The position numbers were made by a program, and so were the translations under genes. The notes under the pieces are model-generated. The model ran no database searches. It was given only the letters and a program-made list of their open reading frames with translations, and had not been told where the DNA came from. Source: Veleropilina oligotropha (lineage: Eukaryota). From it: a stretch of DNA of 64,000 bases. Location of the stretch: the NCBI GenBank assembly GCA_048128005.1, contig JBEUKZ010000093.1:62001-126000 (forward strand). The letters run 5' to 3'. Below are positions 13,001 through 24,590 of the stretch, piece by piece; position 1 is the first letter of the stretch; every line of letters starts with the position of its first letter.

Positions 13001-16000
13001 GGTGTGATGCTTCCCGTGCGCTTTATAGATCTGCTTTATCACACTCGTCAGGAGCGCCGCAATGTTGGAGCTGTCGGGGGTGGTCCCCAGAAATCTAGAA
13101 CGAATAACAAACACAATCATTATTATTCAGTATCTTCTTTTTTACGTTAACCGATTTCAAAACATACATCAATCAATCAATCAATCAATCAAGTTTATTT
13201 AGCCTTTTTTGTATATACGTTTAAATATAATTGAGAATTACTTATACATAGAATAAAACATGTTATATACAAAAGGTCAGTGATAGATATAAATAAATAC
13301 AAAGCATGCAGAGAGTAAAATAATTTCCAATGGCATATCACTGGTTTGCAGGCATGGAGACCCGTCATATATATATTTACAATTTCATAATTTTTATTAA
13401 GGAAAAGAGAAGATGTTAGAAATGAATAAGATGTATAGTTTTAATATAGAAATACTGAAAGGTAAAGATAAATAGAAGAAAACAAGGAGAGAAAATTTAG
13501 ATTATCGTTGATTCAGCATGTATATATTTTTATTATTATTATTATTATTATTTAATACATTTATAATGCGCCTATTCTAGTGTAGCTCTAAGCGCAGTAC
13601 AAACTATAACTAATATTACAGTACAATGTACACAAGAATATACAGGAGAGACATCATTGATACATACTATGAATGCAATAAGCAATAATAATAAACATAA
13701 TATTTTTTTGTTGAGTATTTTCAATTTTATTAATTTTTTTTTTTTTTACAAGCGCAATCAGACAAAGAGGTGAAGCAGCCCCTGCGTGAACTTCAACCAA
13801 CTTTGAATGATACATATGATGAATGCTATAAGCAATAACAATGAACAGATGTGAAGCAGTCATTACTGTCCTCCTATTACGATGTCAGCTGAATTGTTAG
13901 TGAGATTTGATCAGGTTGGCATATACATCAGCAAATAGGTGTGTTTTCAACGTCTTCCGAAAACTTGTCTGAGATGTGCTTTCCTTTACTTTAGATGGGA
14001 GTTTGTTCCAGAGTTTTGGGGCATTGTTGATAAATGCTCTATCGCCATATTTATTCATTGTTCTATTCTCTGTCAACTGTTGTAATTGCTGAGACCTAAG
14101 TGCTCTAATAGGTCGATATTGAGCCAGAAGTTCAATAATATATCCAGGCGCTTTTCCTTGAAGAGAATTGTAAACGAATGTAAGAATTTTGAAGATAATC
14201 CGTTTCTCAACAGGGAGCCAGTGTAGGCTATATAGCAGCGGGGTTGCATGGTCCCTTGGCTGGGCAAGTAAAATCAGCCTGGCTGCGGCATTCTGAACTT
14301 GCTGCAATCTGTTAATGAGGCTTGCGTTTATTCCGAAAAGTAAACTGTTGGAATAATCAAGGCGAGATATGACATATGCATGCACAAGAAGCTTCGTTGC
14401 ATCTGGTGTTAAAAAACGACGGATGCGTCTGATGTTTCTTAGAAAGAATAATGAGCATTTAACTTTATCAGAGACGAATTTTTCCATCGACATAGTGTTG
14501 TCGAAGTAAGCACCCAAATTTCTTACAAATTCGCTGGAGTTTATTTCAGTTTCACCAACTTGTAGGTTTCAGCCCAAGTGTTAAGTAATAGGTAGTTAGC
14601 GAGCAATATATTTTTTAATGAATGTTGAAATATATAGATAGAGCGAGATAGTTTTATATTTACCGGTAATGCATTCCATATAATTGGACCAGCAATTTTG
14701 ATTGTATGTTTTCTAGCATTTGTGCGATAATGGCTAATATGATAGCTTTTGCTTGATCTCGTATTATGCTCATGAATTTCATTATTTAAAATGAAATAAC
14801 CAGAGAAACATGATGGTAGAAGATTCCGATAATATGAGAACATGAACTTAGTTTTTTGTATTCTATTTATATCAAATATTGTGAGTAAACCCATTTTATT
14901 AAATATGCTCTGCGTATGGGCACAGTAACTGGCACGATTTAAGATTATAATTGCACGCTTTTGAATGATAAATAGTTTGTGTAATCTCGAAGGGTAAGTG
15001 CTAGCCCAGACGATATTGCAATATATTATATATGGTAAAATCAGCGTGCAATATAATGTCCGTAATATTCTCAAAGGTAATTCGGCTTTTAATCTGTTTA
15101 TTACACCAGTGTTTTTCGAAATCTTATTCGTTATAATGGAAATATGATTACACCAATTTAGATTTTCATCGATTTGTACTCCAAGGAATTTCGTCGTTGA
15201 GGTTCGTGTTAATACGATTCCGTCAATTTTGATGCTAGCATTTTCTGCTGCATGCTTATTATGTTTATTACAAAAGAGAATGTAATTTGTCTTCTTTATG
15301 TTTAATGATAATTTATTTGCTTTGAACCATGTAGTGAGATGAGTTAATTCAGAATTGATTGTGTTTGTTAAAATTTCAAGGTTTGCATGTGAATAGAAAA
15401 TATTTGTGTCATCAGCAAATAAAATGTATTTCATTAAAAATGAAGAATTACACATGTCATTTACATATAGTAGAAATAAGAGCGGACCGAGTATTGAACC
15501 TTGGGGATCATCACACTTGATCAATTTAGAAGCTGATTTGCATTTATCATATATTACATATTGATGTCTATCTGTCAAATGGCTTCCAAACCAATCTAGT
15601 TGGGTTCCCCGTATACCATAATGCTGGAGGTTTTTTTTAACATTATGGAGTGATCAATGGTGTCAAACGCTTTTGAGAGATCGATGAAGATTCCTGCAGT
15701 ATATTCCTTTTTGTCAGTGCCTAATGAAATTTGGTCTATTAGTTCTAATAATGCCATGTATGTTGAATGATTTGATCTAAATCCATATTGTTGTTTATAT
15801 AAAATGTTGTGTTTATTAATGTAGTTAATTAATCTATTATACACTATTTTTTTCTAGAATTTTTGAGAAGCAGGGTAATATTGATATAGGCCTATAATTG
15901 CAGTATAATTTATTGTCTCCACTTTTAAATATTGGTTTGACCTTAGCTATTTTAAGTTGGTCGGGAACAACACCGGTTATGAGAGAGAGATTAAACATGT

Positions 16001-19000
16001 GGGTTAACGGTTTACTTATACTCGGTAATATTTCTTTAATAATAGAGGATGATAAATCGTCATGACCAGCACTTTTGCCACGTTTCAACTCCTTACCGAT
16101 GTTTTCAATTTCGATGTTATCGGTTGGAAAAAAATAAAAGGAATCGGTATAATTTCCAGTTAGGAATGTTGAGAATGATTGTGGTACGTTGGGAATCTTT
16201 GAGGCTACAGCAGTTCCAATATTTGTAAAGTATTCATTAAATGTGCGACTAATTTGTTCAGGGTTTGTTATAAGTTGATCATTGTGTTTGAAGGATTTTG
16301 ATATATTGTCCTTTGGTTTATCCTTGTTTAATACACGTTTGATTTCTGTCCATGTCTGTTTAAGATCTTGTTTGGCAAGTTCAAATCGCTCGGAATTGTA
16401 AGCAGATTTCGATATTCTAATTAAGTGAGTTAGCTTATTTTTGTATGTTAAATATTTATCACGGCTAGATTCAGTTTTCTTATTTAGATATTCCCTATAT
16501 AACTTATTTTTTCGGTTCGAAGATATAACTAAGCATTTTGTCATGTATGGTTTAAGAGATTTTGTTTTCTTGTTATTCTTTAATCTTTTTAAAGGTATAT
16601 ATTTTTTGTACAATAAGTTAAATTGTTCTATGAATACTTCATAAGCTTCATTTGTGTTTGTTGAGGATAATATAGTATCCCATTTCTCATTGATTAGCGC
16701 GTCATTTAATTTATCAATATTTTCCCTCGTATTTATTCTTTTATATACAAAATTATCATTTTTCGTCGTGCTTACCTCAAGATCAACTATTAGAAATATA
16801 GGGAGGTGGTCAGAAATATCAGCAATTAGTATACCACTACGCAGATCCACGTTAATCATGTTTGTAAAAATAATGTCTATTAGAGTAGCAGTAGTTTCTG
16901 TTATTCGGGTAGGTTTGGTTATGACAGGAAACCATTGATTATCTTACAGGGTATGGAAAGATTACAATTCTTCATTTAAAGTAGTAAAACATTTTATAAA
17001 TAATGGTGTAGTTATCGTAAATATTTATGGCTGTTTTGTACCCCAGACTACGTGGACTTTTTAATATATATATTTATTATATGCCAGTCGTTTTCTGACG
17101 CCTATTCTCGCGCAGTTTTCCGAGACCCTGTATCACGGACACAGCTGATATCGATTCAGAAAACGTCTCCTGCTTATATATTCACAGGAAAACGTCTCCT
17201 GCTTATATATTCACAGGAAAACGTCTCCTGCTTATATATTCAAAATGGCTGACAAATCGTAGGAACTACTTACAATATAGTCCTATACTATTTCAAGCTC
17301 CCTTACAGATTCGTGAATAAAATTACCATAATCTTTCGATTCAATTTAATAAGAAACCTGTTGTGGCATACAATTAAAATGTTATCAGTTATTGTGTGGA
17401 TTCTGGCACATCGGAAACCTCTCGTGACGTCGTAGTTTTTGCGGCGGATAAATCGCTCGAACTTCGTTCTCGCGATTAATCCGCCGCAAAAACTACGACG
17501 TCACTCAAGGTTTCCTGTGTGCCAGAATCTAGACAATACTGATAACATCATAATATATAAACGGAGGTATCAATTTTATCGATCAACTCAATAATATTCC
17601 AATGATTATCGAGTCGATCAATTTTGGATGATCAAATGAATTGACGCTTAAGTGGAGTTCCGATGATCAGTTCCCATCCTTTCTGGGTTGTTTTTATGCG
17701 AGAAAATGAACGAATACCATCATGACGTTTGATCAACCACGACACTAATAATAAAATACATAATTTTCAACTATGCACCTTAAAATTATCGTAGCCTTGC
17801 CGTCGAACCAGCCCCAACTCAACTTTGCCACCATAGCTGTTATTGACGTCTTTCCGCAGCCGGATTCGCCGTGCACCACAAACGGAAGATTACTGTCGTT
17901 CTTCAAATATTGTTTAATTTTCTGTAAAACAATATCTTCTGTTAGTGCTATATTGATGACGGTAAATTGAATATGTTGACCAGTGTAATTGTCAGACTCC
18001 GATAATTTCATTCTAACTGTTGCGCTATTGCCACATCGCGTTGTGTTCATTGTGCAACCTGACACAAGTACTTCACATCTAACAATATTTAACACTCTGT
18101 GCCAATATTTGCCACTCTGCATCAATATTTGACACTTAGTACCAATAATTGACAATCTGTACCAATAATCTACACTCTGTTCCAATAATAGACATTATGT
18201 ACCAATAATTGATTCTATGTACCAATATTTCACATTCTCCAGAGAGTAAAGTTCACAGAACCGTAATCTACAATGAAATAAGTGTGTATTCGTGATGTGA
18301 AAGCACTGAATAGGAAAAATCTTTATTCTGTTACCTTCAAAGTGGCATCTCTTCCATGGAACGTTTCGCATTTCGTCTGGCAAAACAGCGTATGTTGGAC
18401 GATTTCCTCATAAAGTGGGTCGTTCAGTTCTGTTTGGTTCCTGGCGAGAACTGCAGCGTCAAACTGTGAAATCACACACCTCTCAAAATCCGTGCATAGT
18501 TCATCTAAATATTCTTTATGGTCTTCAAGGCCTGGATCAATACCTTTGAAAGGAATCGTACTATTAAAATATGGATACATAATGAGTTGAAAGAAAGGAA
18601 CTAACAGACAATATCAAAGATAGGCATGCATCTCAACCATTCAAGAACAATTATAAGTGGATCTGTAGTGAAACATGATATCCAATAAGGAACTCGTAAA
18701 ACAGTATCAGCTCATTACCATACCCGCTGCGCTTAATTGCCTGAAGATAAACATATTTTAATGCAGTCTAAGATATTCTGCACACCTTTATCCTTCGCCC
18801 ATGGTATGTTGTACTCGTAGATGTTCTCTGTTGGGAGTAGGTTTGTCATCCTGTTGTATTCAAGGTCAGCCAGCAAGTCTTTAGTCTGTTTCAGATCTTC
18901 TTTGTCGCCTAGACATTCTGCAAAAAATATGATATGTGAATTTTCGTGGATGCCATATATGTAACATCAAATCATTACTCACTGCATGATGCATTATGGC

Positions 19001-22000
19001 AAAATCTCTCTTAAATTTCAACTCAAATATTTTAACCAATCAAAACAAAAATTGTAAACATACTGGAGCAGGTACTTTAGTGTGCCTCTAGAGGCGCACT
19101 TATTATAATGTTCATAAGAAAGCGCACTATGTTTGGAATATAGGGGACTTCTTATATTATGCTTTTACATGCACGAATGCTTGCTGTCATTTAGGTGCTC
19201 AGACTTGTCATATTGACAATTTCTGTCACTGCTAGCAAGGAACTCACTTAGATAACAGATCGGCTGGGTGAGGAGCAATGAACTCACTTAGATAACAGAT
19301 CGGCTGGGTGAGGAGAAAGGCTAGCAAGGAACTCACTAATATAACAGATCGGCTGGGTGAGGAGAAAGGCTAGCAAGGAACTCACTTAGATAACAGATCG
19401 GCTGGGGGAGGAGCAATGAACTCACTTAGATAACAGATCGGCTGGGGGAGGAGCAATGAACTCACTTAGATAACAGATCGGCTGGGTGATGAGAAAGGCT
19501 AGCAATGAACTCACTTAGATAACAGATCGGCTGGGTGAGGAGAAAGGCTAGCAATGAACTCACTTAGATAACAGATCGGCTGGGTGAGGAGAAAGGCTAG
19601 CAAGGAACTCACTTAAATAACAGATCGGCTGGGTGAGGAGAAAGGCTAGCAAGGAACTCACTTAGATAACAGATCGGCTGGGTGAGGAGAAAGACTAGCA
19701 ATGAACTCACTTAGATAACAGATCGGCTGGGTGAGGAGAAAGGCTAGCAATGAACTCACTTAGATAACAGATCGGCTGGGTGAGGAGAAAGGCTAGCAAG
19801 GAACTCACTTAGATAACAGATCGGCTGGGTGAGGAGAAAGGCTAGCAAGGAACTCACTTAAATAACAGATCGGCTGGGTGAGGAGAAAGGCTAGCAAGGA
19901 ACTCACTTAGATAACAGATCGGCTGGGTGAGGAGAAAGGCTAGCAATGAACTCACTTAGATAACAGATCGGCTGGGTGAGGAGAAAGGCTAGCAATGAAC
20001 TCACTTAGATAACAGATCGGCTGGGTGAGGAGAAAGGCTAGCAAGGAACTCACTTAGATAACAGATCGGCTGGGTGAGGAGAAAGGCTAGCAATGAACTC
20101 ACTTAGATAACAGATCGGCTGGGTGAGGAGAAAGGAAAGGATAGCATCGAGGCTAATGTCCTGCATATTTCCAACCATCATTAGGTTCAAAGCAGGGAAA
20201 CCCGCACTTTCCGATCAGTTACGGACAATTGTGACTCATCACTTCAACAAATAATGTCATATGTTCCAATCGAGGTTCGAACCCACTACTGTTCGTGTCA
20301 GCGGAATCAAGCCAGTGATTTTTCGGAGTCTACAACCGAAACCACACGACTGCCGGAGCGGTCTTTGGCTGGGTGAAGCCGAGGCACATATACGATTATC
20401 CAGGGGAATTCGCAGTGATCAAGGATTGAACACGAGACACCTGCGTGAGAGGCCAATGCTCTACCATTGCGACACGACGGCACGCGTTTTCACGTGCGAA
20501 ACGTGTACCGTCATATACATAGCATGGGCGCGATATAAAGACAATGGAACACTAGAGCCCGTTCCTCCATTGTTCGGCAAACAATTGAATTAAGTGAGGT
20601 AAAATTGACAACGTGCCAAACTCATTGACAAAGAAATTAACAAGGTGTTGACAGAAGTGAACTCATCTAATAAAGCGCCCACGGGGTGATATCTGCTGTT
20701 CATTATACTTTTAAGGGGTTACAGGTTGCAATTTACAATAGATTGCCTTGGCATGTATGACAGATAATACCCTAACACCCTTGCGCGATATCTTGCATAA
20801 TTCATCTCGCTCCGCTCGGGTAATTATGAAAGATATCTTCGCAGGAGTCAGGGTATTATCTATTACATAATGGCGACTGAACCGAGGATGATGTAGTTTA
20901 GCTTTGGAACACACGTTTCCAGGAAAGAATCGATGCTTAACGTCCTGTATATTTCCAACCATCATTTGGTTCAAAGCAGGACATATCCGTATTATCGGAG
21001 GAGGAAAGCCCGGTCGCCCGGGTAAACCCGCCCTCTCCGACCAGTTATGGACAACTGTGATTAATAATTTGAACAAATGTGTGCTGCCCCTGCTGAGGTT
21101 TGAACCCACTACTGTTCGCGTCAGCGGAATCAATTCAGTGATTTTCGGAGTCCACAACCGATTCCACTGTACTGTCGAAGCAGCCACACACACACACGTT
21201 TCCAATGTAGGATAATCTTATTACAGGACTGAGATTGGCGCATTCCATCGTCTAGCGAGAAATCTTTTCAGAATCACAAAAATATATATTATCTGGGACT
21301 ATATAGAGGGTATTTGATGGTATGTCAGAAATATTAAATATATTTTGTCGAGTGAAATATATCCTAGCCGATTCACGAAAGGTCGGAGGCCTTGAGTGAA
21401 TCGGCTAGGATATAGTTCACGAGACAAAATATATTTAATATTTCTGACATAACATTGAATGCTCTATTTATTATATAAATGGGTTAGTTATCAATTCAAT
21501 AATGTTTCCATTGTATGGCCATGCTTAATTTTGTGGTAGAACGAACACGTGCGCTGTTGACATTGTAACGTTGAAATGTAGTTCGCCATCGATAACGTCG
21601 CCATGGGTGACGTCACCAAGGACAACGTTTGATGAAGTCATTTTATGACGCGTTTTTCATATTTTCACTCACGAGAGTGAAATATGGAAAATAATTTCAC
21701 TCACGTGAGTGAAAATATAGATGAGTGAATTACCGATTATATTTTTGCCATTATTTAACGAATAACAGATCCATTTATATAATAATATTACTATCTAGTA
21801 TAGTAGTCCCAGATAATGTGTACAATTGTTACCTGTGAACAGACTGAGTTTTTTCGATGCAGGTTGTGAGTCGATATCAGTTATATTTCGTTTGAACCAG
21901 GAGGTAGAATGCGACCGGCTGCTGTAATTCAGGAGACCTTGTCGTATTTCTGCTTCTGTCACTGAAAAAGGAATTTTCAGACCATAACAGGCCGGATTTT

Positions 22001-24590
22001 GTCTGTAAATATGTACTAGTATCGAACTTAATGTATTTGAATGCGAAGAAGCACTAGTAGATATTTGTACTGACGATAACTTCAGTTAACCTACGTGATC
22101 GTTTAGTGTACAAACTAATGTATATGTTGATGTGATCTTGGTACCTGATATTTGGTATTTCTGTAGCTGTTCCGCGGACAGGGCTTGGCCTGCAGCCTTC
22201 ACAATGGCCGACTGGAATCGTTCGCTTTCCTGATACCATGCGCTTTTCGCCGCATCGCATTTTTCTTTATCTCGCATGAGGAAGTCGGGAAACACAGAGC
22301 TGATGGGTTGCAGAACATACGATGATGGAACAGAGTTGTCATCTTTCAAAAACCATCTGAAAATAATTTTACAGAAATATGGCTAATCAAACACCAGTGA
22401 CAATTGTCCAATAAGACCGTTGCTAAAAGTGTGACATACCATAACCCAAAAATTACCTAGGGATGCATTTTCCGGCGGAGATTCAGTTAGAAAAAGCATC
22501 GGCGCTTTTTCGGCACTTCCCCCACAGCTCCGGCTTTTACTCAAATTTGGAAATCCGGGTTTTCATCTCCGAATTTGAACGCGTCGTTAATGTTAAATCC
22601 ATGGGGACTAGCAACAGGTGAACCTCGGTCAGTCCAGGCTCACGGGGCGGCCCAGTGTATATACGTTTGTAAAGCCAATACAACTATGTACCCATCACGT
22701 GTATCTTATCGCAAGCTGCATTTGCCTTTAGTAGCAGATAATACGCGGAGTGTGAAAATTGAAGACGAATACAAGCCGGAGCTCCTTAAATATGTATAAA
22801 AGCCGGATCTGTGGGGAAGTACCGAAAGAGCACAAAAGCATCTATGATTTAATACAAGGAAGAACATTATTTTAAAGCGGTTTGTGTTGATGACACCTTC
22901 TGCCAAGATTTCGTGAACATAATTATCCCAATATGACCATAGCTGTTATACGCAACAGTAATATAAATTTATATTAATTCAAATCAATCATTACCTATTA
23001 ATCAATTCCTTGTCATCTGAGGATGTCACGTGACGCAATATGCTTTCAAATTCTGTTGTTTCGATTACCCTGGGAAAGGCTTGGTAACCATATTTGTGCG
23101 ACAGGAATGTCTACAATATTAAAAAAAGAAATGGGAAATATACGATGCAATGCGATGCGCTGTGACAAATGCAATATCATATAATATTTCATTCATCAAT
23201 AAAAGTTGATTGACCCGATTTATAACTGAAATACTGTTGGCGTGGTTGTTAAACATCAATTTATCATCATCATCATATAATATACGTTTACGTTTCGAAT
23301 ATTTTCAAACGACTTTGTAAGAAAGTTCATGATCCCTCATTTTTGAGCTCTCCCCTTTTCGACTATCTATTATTAAAATCATATTATATACCATGAAACC
23401 AATCACCAGTTGCCGAATGCTCTTCATCGGTCTTCCCCGGTCTTCCCCGGTCTAGACCAGTTCGTTATTGCTCACCACAAAATTGGGGCCCGTCGACAAT
23501 TTCTGGCACATCTCGATCTCACGCAGGCAGAGCTCTGTTCCCATGTGGTCGTCCGTCGCCTCATCCCGGACGCCCCATCTCATGTCGACCACCTGAAACT
23601 GGTAACCTTGACCTTGGCAGTACTCCTTCAGGCGAGGGTATACACGTTCCATCAGCATGTTTCTCTCGTTTTGGGTATCTGATGAAGAAGGTAATTGAGG
23701 GATTTGAAATGTGCTGTTTAATTGTGCATGAAACTCTTTTGGATGAAATGACAATCGGGATTATTATGACTATTCGTCGTACATAAGTCACTGGTTGGCA
23801 TACATCAGTATTCGTAACATGATTGCTTCACTCACTCTATAGTGAGAACTTGAAGGGCGAGCAGAAAGTATGACACTCGCTTGGTACGCGCACGTTTGTT
23901 TTCAATTGCTTATCTACCTAATATACAGGTGGTGATTCTCTGCAAATTAAATTACTTTGTAAAATGCTATTGTAGGTGACGGAATTCACTCGCGACATTC
24001 CGTCAACGGAATCACTCTGAACATCCCGGCGACGGAATTACACGTCCATTCCGGCGACGGGATTCGCTCGGTACATTCCGGCGACGAAATTCTCTCAGGA
24101 CATTCCGACGACAGAATTATCTCGGGACATTCCGGCGGCGGAATTCACTCGAGACATTCCGGCGGCAGAATCACTCGGGACATTCCGGCGACATATCTTC
24201 ATTTCAAATAAAAGCAGTGCTATCTTCTTCTTCTTCTTTAATATACAGAACAGTCCCCCGTAACGTTATGTTGGGTATTACGTTCTTATGATGTGACATC
24301 AACAGTTGGAACAGTGAATTCCATCTTCTATATAATTTTATGAAGTGAAGCGAAATGTTATCTGTGCTCAGGGCAGCGAACATACCTGTGAAGGTGCTGC
24401 TTGTGAAGATTCTCACCACCTTGGCTGTAGTTGGACATTGGATATCAATCCGGCCCTGGAACACGCCCTTCGCCTTCTCTTGAAGTCGTAAACTTAACGT
24501 CAGCGAATGATATACGCTACGTGTATTGGCGCGGAAAACGTTAGAGGCATGGCGCTGAAATTTCTTCAAAGCCTTTGATTTTTGCGCCAT
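896..24590 (-). CDS. Host NACHT- and WD-repeat-domain-containing (NWD1/NWD2-like, DUF4062 + NACHT) gene; 13 coding exons in window, 3' part continues beyond position 1
   Basis: Manually spliced exons, all GT-AG with compatible phases: 24590-24386, 23678-23476, 23110-22995, 22356-22145, 21961-21833, 18917-18786, 18543-18335, 17921-17779, 13094-12989, 12577-12365, 11892-11562, 10190-10038, 1045-896. Motifs: VRIFTSSTFTD..ERN (DUF4062), VVDMRWGV, Walker A GESGCGKT, RFLGTTP, Walker B LVLDSLDQL, LPLFLKL, WYHRQF. WD repeats are not in the window. Confidence 0.9.
1341..5040. repeat. Minisatellite, 59/62-bp unit, ~60 copies
   Basis: Unit cgcattggagagagcaatcagacgactgaagtcggtgYccgcactcttactgtaaaacc(cta); no spacers. 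Confidence 0.97.
5041..9429 (-). mobile_element. Academ-superfamily (AcademX-type) DNA transposon, degenerate
   Basis: TIRs ~290 bp starting TAGTCAGGTC and ending GACCTGACTA; 3-bp TSD ATA (5038-5040 / 9430-9432); encodes transposase + XPG/PIN-like nuclease + Cys-rich finger, the Academ architecture. Confidence 0.85.
5563..8922 (-). pseudogene. Frameshifted Academ transposase/XPG-like nuclease/Cys8 protein
   Basis: Consecutive ORF fragments in shifting frames: ADNVD, FDQPLY, LGCFH (transposase); VLDGGSLL, VVFDGY, GEDTDLL, SGCDSTS..GIGKK (XPG/FEN-like); CNCSGGCKSSRCCCRRYGLPCTAVCGPC. Confidence 0.85.
10038..10190 (-). CDS. NWD-like gene exon
   Basis: GLADSELQDILSCDDDVLDEVYHYWTPPMRRLP. Confidence 0.9.
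10673..11318 (+). mobile_element. Non-autonomous Helentron/DINE-1-like element (tentative)
   Basis: Starts acaacaag, has a (GGAC)n microsatellite at ~11246 and ends in a CCCC...GGGG hairpin followed by ataa. Confidence 0.45.
11562..11892 (-). CDS. NWD-like gene exon
   Basis: LPLFLKLSFEEACRWKSY...HGKVLVSRTLGYLT. Confidence 0.9.
12365..12577 (-). CDS. NWD-like gene exon, NACHT Walker B
   Basis: PLVLVLDSLDQL...WLPEELPSNVKVVLSTLP. Confidence 0.9.
12989..13094 (-). CDS. NWD-like gene exon
   Basis: tag|FLGTTPDSSNIAALLTSVIKQI...|gtaata. Confidence 0.85.
13168..16940 (-). mobile_element. 5'-truncated, frameshifted CR1-group LINE (ORF2 endonuclease end + reverse transcriptase), 3' tail (TGAT)n
   Basis: ISDHLPIF, NYRPISILP, QYGFR, FIDLSKAFDTIDH, PQGSILGPLLFLLYVND, LFADDT, FLGV across ORFs 15837-16859, 15596-15844, 14541-15578; aataaa + (ttga)n tail at ~13170-13200. 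Confidence 0.85.
13530..14580 (-). mobile_element. 3' fragment of an L2-type LINE nested in the larger LINE
   Basis: VRNLGAYFD...SRLDYSNSLL...LQQVQNAAARL...LHWLPV...APKLWNKLP...LKTHLF; (TAA)n tail at ~13530-13555. Confidence 0.8.
17380..17546. repeat. Palindromic hairpin MITE-like element
   Basis: Near-perfect inverted repeat gttatcag...ttctggcaca...gtgacgtcgtagtttttgcggcggat / atccgccgcaaaaactacgacgtcac...tgtgccagaa...ctgataac. Confidence 0.75.
17779..17921 (-). CDS. NWD-like gene exon, NACHT Walker A
   Basis: PFVVHGESGCGKTS. Confidence 0.9.
18335..18543 (-). CDS. NWD-like gene exon
   Basis: GIDPGLEDHKEYLDELCTDF...LYEEIVQH...FHGRD..LK|gtaa. Confidence 0.85.
18786..18917 (-). CDS. NWD-like gene exon
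   Basis: cag|...LLPTENIYEYNIPWAKDK|gtgtg; phase fits neighbours. Confidence 0.75.
19231..20135. repeat. Minisatellite, 49-bp unit with 40-bp variants
   Basis: gctagcaaKgaactcacttagataacagatcggctgggtgaggagaaag repeated ~19 times. Confidence 0.95.
20130..20355 (-). mobile_element. SINE family A copy
   Basis: Homologous to 368-630 and 37710-37975. Confidence 0.65.
20920..21180 (-). mobile_element. SINE family A copy
   Basis: Homologous to the other family A copies. Confidence 0.65.
21288..21817. repeat. Palindrome-rich MITE-like element
   Basis: Inverted ends attatctgggacta / tagtcccagataat; long internal hairpin ~21320-21450. Confidence 0.55.
21833..21961 (-). CDS. NWD-like gene exon
   Basis: cag|VTEAEIRQGLL...WFKRNITDI...|gtaac. 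Confidence 0.85.
22145..22356 (-). CDS. NWD-like gene exon
   Basis: cag|WFLKDDNSVPSSYVLQPIS...KYQIS|gtac. Confidence 0.85.
22995..23110 (-). CDS. NWD-like gene exon
   Basis: tag|TFLSHKYGYQAFPRVIETTEFE...|gtaa. Confidence 0.85.
23476..23678 (-). CDS. NWD-like gene exon (DUF4062)
   Basis: DTQNERNMLMERVYPRLKEYC...VVDMRWGVRD...GPNFV|gtgag. Confidence 0.9.
23975..24192. repeat. Degenerate ~21-22-bp tandem repeat
   Basis: acattccggcgacggaattcactcgg-like units. Confidence 0.85.
24386..24590 (-). CDS. NWD-like gene, first coding exon
   Basis: cag|AAAATG acceptor just upstream of ATG; ends VRIFTSSTFT G|gtatg. Confidence 0.8.
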
